The notes beneath the pieces were generated by a model that had not been told where the DNA came from, searched no databases, and saw only the letters and a list, made by a program, of their open reading frames with translations. From contig JBMFUT010000005.1 in assembly GCA_049966395.1 (NCBI GenBank), positions 1 through 12,111 on the forward strand: a stretch of DNA of 12,111 nt, read 5' to 3'. Of this stretch, positions 7,814-12,111 are shown one piece after another. A program made the translations under genes and the position numbers. Position 1 is the stretch's first letter, and every line of letters starts with the position of its first letter. This stretch comes from Candidatus Micrarchaeia archaeon. GTDB lineage: Archaea; Micrarchaeota; Micrarchaeia; Micrarchaeales; CABMGC01.

Positions 7814-9319
7814 CTATGAGACAAAGTTGAAGGCACGCGTTATTATTGCGTCCTCGAAGCCTATGTTCCTTAGCACTGAAACAACGCGGTCTCTTTCCAT
7901 TCCCTCGTTGAGCAGAAGCTGCATGAACGTCCTTATGTCCACAAACCTGCTCTTCTCATCAAGTTCTGCAAATATTCTTTCTATTGAGCTGGTGCTTACG
8001 TTGCTTTCCACAAGCTTATTCTGCAGGTCTATTTTTTCGTAATAGAACTCTTTCTGCATATCTGCATTTTCGGCCTCGCTTTGCGTCAGTATGTCCCCTA
8101 TTGATATGGTATATACGTCTAATGGAACCTCTCCTACAACCCTTTCTATCAGGAAGACCTCTGGAAACTGCACAGACGTTTGGAAAGACATGTCTATTGC
8201 AGCCTGGCCGACGCCGAACTTTCCTATTTCCCTTCTCATGAAATCAGAAAAGTTCAGTGAGCCTTGCAAGTAGTTCAGGAATTTCTCGAACTTCACCCTG
8301 AGCATTATAGTAGTACCTACGTTTGAAAATATTGCTTCGTTTATGTCCGTAGGGTTTTGGGATGCGACTATAAGGCCGAACTGGTACTTTCTGCCTTCCC
8401 TTACTATCATCACGGCGTCGCTCCTCTCGTCGCTTGCGACCTTCCATGCTTCGTCCAATACGACTATTGCCTTAAGACCTTTTGATGCGCTCCACCCTTC
8501 AAGCCTCATTTTCTCCTTCAGTGATTGGAGTATGAAAAGCGCGGCAAGCGCCCTGAATGTTTCGTCCGGAAGACCTGAAAGGTCTATGTCGACAAGCCCT
8601 GATGAGACAAGCTTGCCCAAGTCCAGGGTGCTCTTCCTTGCGAAATAGTCTTCGCCTTCCCTTGCAAACTGCCTGAGCCTGTATACGGCATTCTCAAGCT
8701 CTGCGGGGTATTCGTAGCTTCCTTCCTGAAGCTTTTCCTCCAGCAGTGATATGACGTTCTTCAATGTCGGCGGCTCTTTTGAAGGGTCAGGTACCTCGGC
8801 AGAATTGAAGCCCATGTTGACGTATGCCTGCTCTATCGCTTCCTCTGTAAGCCTCTTTTGCTCAGGGTATTCGCTGATGTCTGTTAGTATTTCCAGCGAC
8901 CTAATTATCTGCTTCGTCCTGTCTATAGGCTTCATGCCAGAGAGATCCATTATGTTGAGGTAGTCGCCCTTTGCCAGAGATATGACAATGCCACCGCTTT
9001 GCTTGACCCACGCTTTGTATTCTCCTGCCCAGTCTATTATTACCGCGTTTGTGTTCCATATGTAGCTCGCTCTTGCAAGGAATGTCTTTACAAAGAAGCT
9101 CTTTCCTGCCCCTGTAATTCCCACTACTGCTATGTGAGGGTTTGTCAAGTTTGAAAAAGTCCATGTGAAAGGCACGTTGAATATCTTTGTAAGGCCTATG
9201 AAAATAGAGTTTGTAGGGTCGTTCAGTAGGTATTCCTGCGGAGGCTCCGGCGGCCTGCTGAAAAATACCCTCTTAGCAAGCTCGTTACTCATTATGTTTT
9301 GCAGCTTTACCTGGGTCAC
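7814..9319 (-). CDS. VirB4/CedB-like (HerA-FtsK superfamily) pumping ATPase, 501 aa
   Basis: NPHIAVVGITGAGKS (Walker A, ~9098-9121), IIDWAGEY, IVVLDEAW (Walker B) and REGRKYQFGLIVASQNPTD (arginine finger/sensor). The region before Walker A is very short. GTG start at 9319, alternative ATG at 9292. Confidence 0.9.
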   Translation of the reverse strand: MTQVKLQNIMSNELAKRVFFSRPPEPPQEYLLNDPTNSIFIGLTKIFNVPFTWTFSNLTNPHIAVVGITGAGKSFFVKTFLARASYIWNTNAVIIDWAGEYKAWVKQSGGIVISLAKGDYLNIMDLSGMKPIDRTKQIIRSLEILTDISEYPEQKRLTEEAIEQAYVNMGFNSAEVPDPSKEPPTLKNVISLLEEKLQEGSYEYPAELENAVYRLRQFAREGEDYFARKSTLDLGKLVSSGLVDIDLSGLPDETFRALAALFILQSLKEKMRLEGWSASKGLKAIVVLDEAWKVASDERSDAVMIVREGRKYQFGLIVASQNPTDINEAIFSNVGTTIMLRVKFEKFLNYLQGSLNFSDFMRREIGKFGVGQAAIDMSFQTSVQFPEVFLIERVVGEVPLDVYTISIGDILTQSEAENADMQKEFYYEKIDLQNKLVESNVSTSSIERIFAELDEKSRFVDIRTFMQLLLNEGMERDRVVSVLRNIGFEDAIITRAFNFVS

Positions 9320-9336
9320 GATATCATCTCAAACTA

Positions 9337-10164
9337 TTATTTCTGCTTGTGGAACAGCTTCATTATGTCTGACTGGAGCGTCGGAAGGGCGAAGTTGAAC
9401 TTGAACAGGTAGTACAGCTCGCGGCCTACTATTCTCATCATGCTTATGTCCATCGAATTGAATATTGTCTGCAGCTGGTTTATTTGGTTTTCTAGGCTGT
9501 CTGCAGCGGCCTTCTCACTCACCCCCGCTGCGGTGGTTTCTATATACATTATGCTCCAAAGAGGCCTTTCGCCTGATGAAATTCTGTCTATCCTCGCCTG
9601 CAGGACGTTTATCTTTCTCTGGAAATCATCTATTGCCATCTGGCTTGGATTCGGACCGCTCATTTCCTTTGAGAGCTGCTGCTCCAGAAAGCCCCGCTGC
9701 CCTTCTAGCTCTTCCCTGTATTCCTGTATGTCTTGCGCAAAAGTTATCAGGTTGAACTTGAATGGAAAATGCGTATTCATCACTATTCTTTCCCAGTTCT
9801 CCGGAGCCTGAGAGAGCTGGCTCTCTTCGTCCTCGCCGACCCTCTCAGCAGCGAAAACATACTTGTATATGTTCGCAGTTATGAAGCCAGTTGCGTAGTA
9901 TATCCCATTGACGTTCTTCACGACGTATTTCTGATTTTTCGGTATGGAATAGCCCTTTGCAGGCATTATTGAAGTCTTGGTTATTATGGTGACAAGCGGG
10001 AAGAGCAGAAAGTCAACATACTCAAGAGATACTATCATTCCGAATGCCAAAAGAGCCAGTATTAGAACAACCAGTTTGAAAGGGCCATATGATCCTATTA
10101 CAAAAAGCAGCAGCAGGACTATCATGCCCGCAATTGCCATGTACAATATTTCTTCCTGTTCCAT
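9337..10164 (-). CDS. Membrane-anchored protein (2 TM + alpha/beta domain with coiled-coil hairpin), paralog B; putative VirB3/PrgI-like anchor plus VirB4 N-terminal-like domain
   Basis: N-terminal hydrophobic hairpin, YYATGFITANIYK, coiled coil, and MYIETTAAGVSEKAAADSLENQINQL...MRIVGRELYYLF. ATG overlaps the upstream stop (TAATG). The ORF is secure; the family call is inference. Confidence 0.7.
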   Translation of the reverse strand: MEQEEILYMAIAGMIVLLLLFVIGSYGPFKLVVLILALLAFGMIVSLEYVDFLLFPLVTIITKTSIMPAKGYSIPKNQKYVVKNVNGIYYATGFITANIYKYVFAAERVGEDEESQLSQAPENWERIVMNTHFPFKFNLITFAQDIQEYREELEGQRGFLEQQLSKEMSGPNPSQMAIDDFQRKINVLQARIDRISSGERPLWSIMYIETTAAGVSEKAAADSLENQINQLQTIFNSMDISMMRIVGRELYYLFKFNFALPTLQSDIMKLFHKQK

Positions 10165-11003
10165 TACAATCCCTCAGCCGCCGTTTTTGCCCTTATCTGC
10201 TCACTAAGGGTAGAGTATGGTATTGCTTGTTCAGGTTCTATGAACAGCAGTATTTCTGCGCCTTCTGCTATTGAAGCAGTAACTCCGAACGTTGCGCTTA
10301 TTCCTGCTACTATTTCGTCCGCTTGCTGCAGGGCAAGGTTTGAAGCTTCCTCGTCTGTTCCCCCAAGCGCCGTAATCATCGCGAAAGAGATCAGTGAGTA
10401 AGATTGAGACCTGCTTACGTTGTCAAGCAGGTTGTGCCACATTGTCACTTCTCCCTTTGTCCTGTTTATATCGCTTTGGCTTGCGCCTGAATTAGAATTA
10501 ATGCTCTGGTATCTGTCTTCCGCTTGGCTTAGCTTGTCCCTTATCTTTTCTATGTAGCTCTCCTTGCTCACTATGTACATCTGCGACGATATCTTTATAG
10601 GGGACTTGCTCAGCGTTATTACCCTGCTGAACATCCTTGCAAAATCAACCTTCTCGTCTGTACCCATTTCTGTAGTAGATTTGTATATTGGTATTTTTAT
10701 AAATGCGCTAGCGTATACTGATCCTCCTTCCCTCACTATTATCGTGTTCCCTGATGGAGAAAGAATATAAGGCTCAGCATTATTTAGTATTGCCATGCCT
10801 TTCTTCCTGTGCATGAACGGGATGAAAAAGTACCAGTAAAACCTTGAGGAAAATGCAAGTATGTCGCACAGCATGGCGACGATTACAAGCACAAGCTTGA
10901 GCGCATAGTTTGGCAATACTACTGAGAAGAGAATTAGCACTAAGCTGGCCCCGTAAAAAGATACGAACAATATCTTCTGAAAATCAAATGCCAAAACCAT
11001 CAA
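10164..11003 (-). CDS. Membrane-anchored protein (2 TM + alpha/beta domain with coiled-coil hairpin), paralog A
   Basis: Same layout as the downstream gene: VYASAFIKIPIYK, coiled coil, FAMITALGGTDEEASNLALQQADEI...AEGAEILLF. Start is TTG 11003 or ATG 11000. Confidence 0.7.
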   Translation of the reverse strand: MMVLAFDFQKILFVSFYGASLVLILFSVVLPNYALKLVLVIVAMLCDILAFSSRFYWYFFIPFMHRKKGMAILNNAEPYILSPSGNTIIVREGGSVYASAFIKIPIYKSTTEMGTDEKVDFARMFSRVITLSKSPIKISSQMYIVSKESYIEKIRDKLSQAEDRYQSINSNSGASQSDINRTKGEVTMWHNLLDNVSRSQSYSLISFAMITALGGTDEEASNLALQQADEIVAGISATFGVTASIAEGAEILLFIEPEQAIPYSTLSEQIRAKTAAEGL

Positions 11004-11099
11004 CCTGCTTGCATTTGGCAGCGCATTTCATGTCTCTCTGGCCGCATTCAACGCACGGCATGACGCTGCGCAGCTTTGCAATGCTTATTGCTCTGTTAA

Positions 11100-11114
11100 G
11101 ATTTATATTCTTTG
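11100..11114 (-). promoter_or_regulatory. Candidate BRE/TATA promoter upstream of the paralog pair and ATPase genes
   Basis: Minus strand CAAAGAATATAAATC within the 133-bp gap between 11003 and 11137. Confidence 0.5.
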
Positions 11115-11136
11115 AGCAACAGCAAGCTAGATTCCG

Positions 11137-12111
11137 CTAGAGTAGCCCAACTTTCGCTGTCTTGTGCGCGAATCCTCCTATGAACTCTGCTATAGTGATT
11201 ACCGCCATGTAGGTTGCTGCGGTTATTAAAGCAGGATAAAAAAGCACAGAAAGCCAGAAAGCGCCCATCGATGACTGGATGTTGCCAAGCGTTTCCACTA
11301 GAGGGCTTGTTGGCGAAACTGCATTTGCCTGCGAATTCGCGCCGCCGCCATATGCGTTTATGGCTGCGGTCTCCTGGTTAAGCGAGCTAAGCACAGTGGT
11401 GTTTGTGAAGAAGTACGCAATTGAAAATAGAAGTGGCATTATCAGGTAGAACCCTATCGATATGGCGATAAGCATGCCTCCCAAAGCCCTTGTTGGCAGC
11501 AGTGCCCTGAATATTATTCCTGGTATTAGAAATACTGGTATTGAAGCGTACATGAAGAACAGGATAAGGTAGAATTCTATGTGGAGCACTAGCAGCCCCT
11601 GCACAAGCACTGCGCCTATTGCCTGAGCTGGGAGCACATACAGTATCAATATCGCCTGCGAAAACACTCCAGTTATAAGGGATGCGTACACCACTGACGA
11701 TATGTCTATTCCGAAGCTGGCGTAGAAAGATGCGGCCATGTTGGTATTGAACAGCGCGGTAAAAAGATTTTCAGCAGAGGATATCGTGTTGTTTATGTAT
11801 ACTAGAGAGGTATTGTAAGGGTCTATTGGGCCTACCACGAACCCGGGTATGAGCCCCATCATTACTGCCGCTATTAACATGAACATTATCACTATTATTG
11901 CGGTCGCAAGAGCCTCGTATATTTCTCCAATTCCGTAAGTCCTGACCTTTTCGCTGTTTAGTATCAAGCCAGACATGAATATCAGGACACCTATGAAGAA
12001 AGAAACCAGTATTGCCAGTGTCGCTATTGGAATCCATGGGTGCCATGCGTTGTAGACTGCCTGATTTATCTGGCTGCAGTACCATGGCGCTAAGTTGTTC
12101 ACAATTGGCGG
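11137..12111 (-). CDS. VirB6/CedA/TedA-like polytopic membrane protein, probably 5'-partial
   Basis: About 6-7 hydrophobic helices. The N-terminal hairpin has a short charged linker (IFMSGLILNSEKVRTYGIGEIYEALATAIIV), and the core LIPGIIFRALLPTRALGGMLIAISIGFYLIMP resembles the CedA-type channel motif. The frame stays open upstream of GTG 12102 (CCG CCA ATT) to the window edge. Confidence 0.65.
   Translation of the reverse strand, partial: PPIVNNLAPWYCSQINQAVYNAWHPWIPIATLAILVSFFIGVLIFMSGLILNSEKVRTYGIGEIYEALATAIIVIMFMLIAAVMMGLIPGFVVGPIDPYNTSLVYINNTISSAENLFTALFNTNMAASFYASFGIDISSVVYASLITGVFSQAILILYVLPAQAIGAVLVQGLLVLHIEFYLILFFMYASIPVFLIPGIIFRALLPTRALGGMLIAISIGFYLIMPLLFSIAYFFTNTTVLSSLNQETAAINAYGGGANSQANAVSPTSPLVETLGNIQSSMGAFWLSVLFYPALITAATYMAVITIAEFIGGFAHKTAKVGLL

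Noticed and set aside
7814..9319. Calling the ATPase the DNA-repair helicase HerA
   Set aside because: There is no N-terminal HAS-barrel-sized region and no nurA/mre11/rad50 neighbours. The context is membrane proteins.
5220..12085. Plus-strand ORFs (e.g. 7058-7576, 9440-9811) and alternative-frame minus ORFs across the cluster
   Set aside because: They are antisense or out-of-frame to a tiled minus-strand operon with SD-like signals and coherent proteins.
3729..12111. Integrated plasmid, provirus or ICE
   Set aside because: No integrase, relaxase, Rep, capsid, tRNA or att repeat was seen, and the junction with top6B is only 2 nt. It cannot be fully excluded because the right boundary is outside the window.
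1..12111. CRISPR array, tRNA/rRNA genes or tandem DNA repeats
   Set aside because: The window is almost fully coding, intergenic gaps are at most about 133 bp, and no such patterns were noticed by eye.

Overview
Archaeal chromosomal DNA. Gene content and style suggest a DPANN lineage such as Micrarchaeota, which is an inference and not verified. The left end holds a 3'-truncated GT-C (ArnT/PMT-like) membrane glycosyltransferase missing from the ORF track, divergent from a housekeeping pair: KH-domain Dim2/Pno1 and DNA topoisomerase VI subunit B, with no top6A beside it. The remaining ~8.4 kb is a tightly packed minus-strand cluster that looks like a chromosomal, T4SS-related (Ced/Ted-like) membrane translocation system. 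It encodes a VirB6/CedA-like polytopic protein, two tandem paralogous membrane-anchored proteins resembling a detached VirB4 N-terminal half, and a short VirB4/CedB-like ATPase. These are followed by a 98-aa free-standing copy of that ATPase's own C-terminal domain, a Zn-finger membrane protein, a coiled-coil/winged-helix protein, an uncalled 50-aa basic ORF, and a 797-aa sequon-rich two-TM protein with a putative cytoplasmic winged-helix domain. No relaxase, integrase, RNA gene, CRISPR array or IS element was recognised. All calls come from reading motifs by eye; no database search was run.
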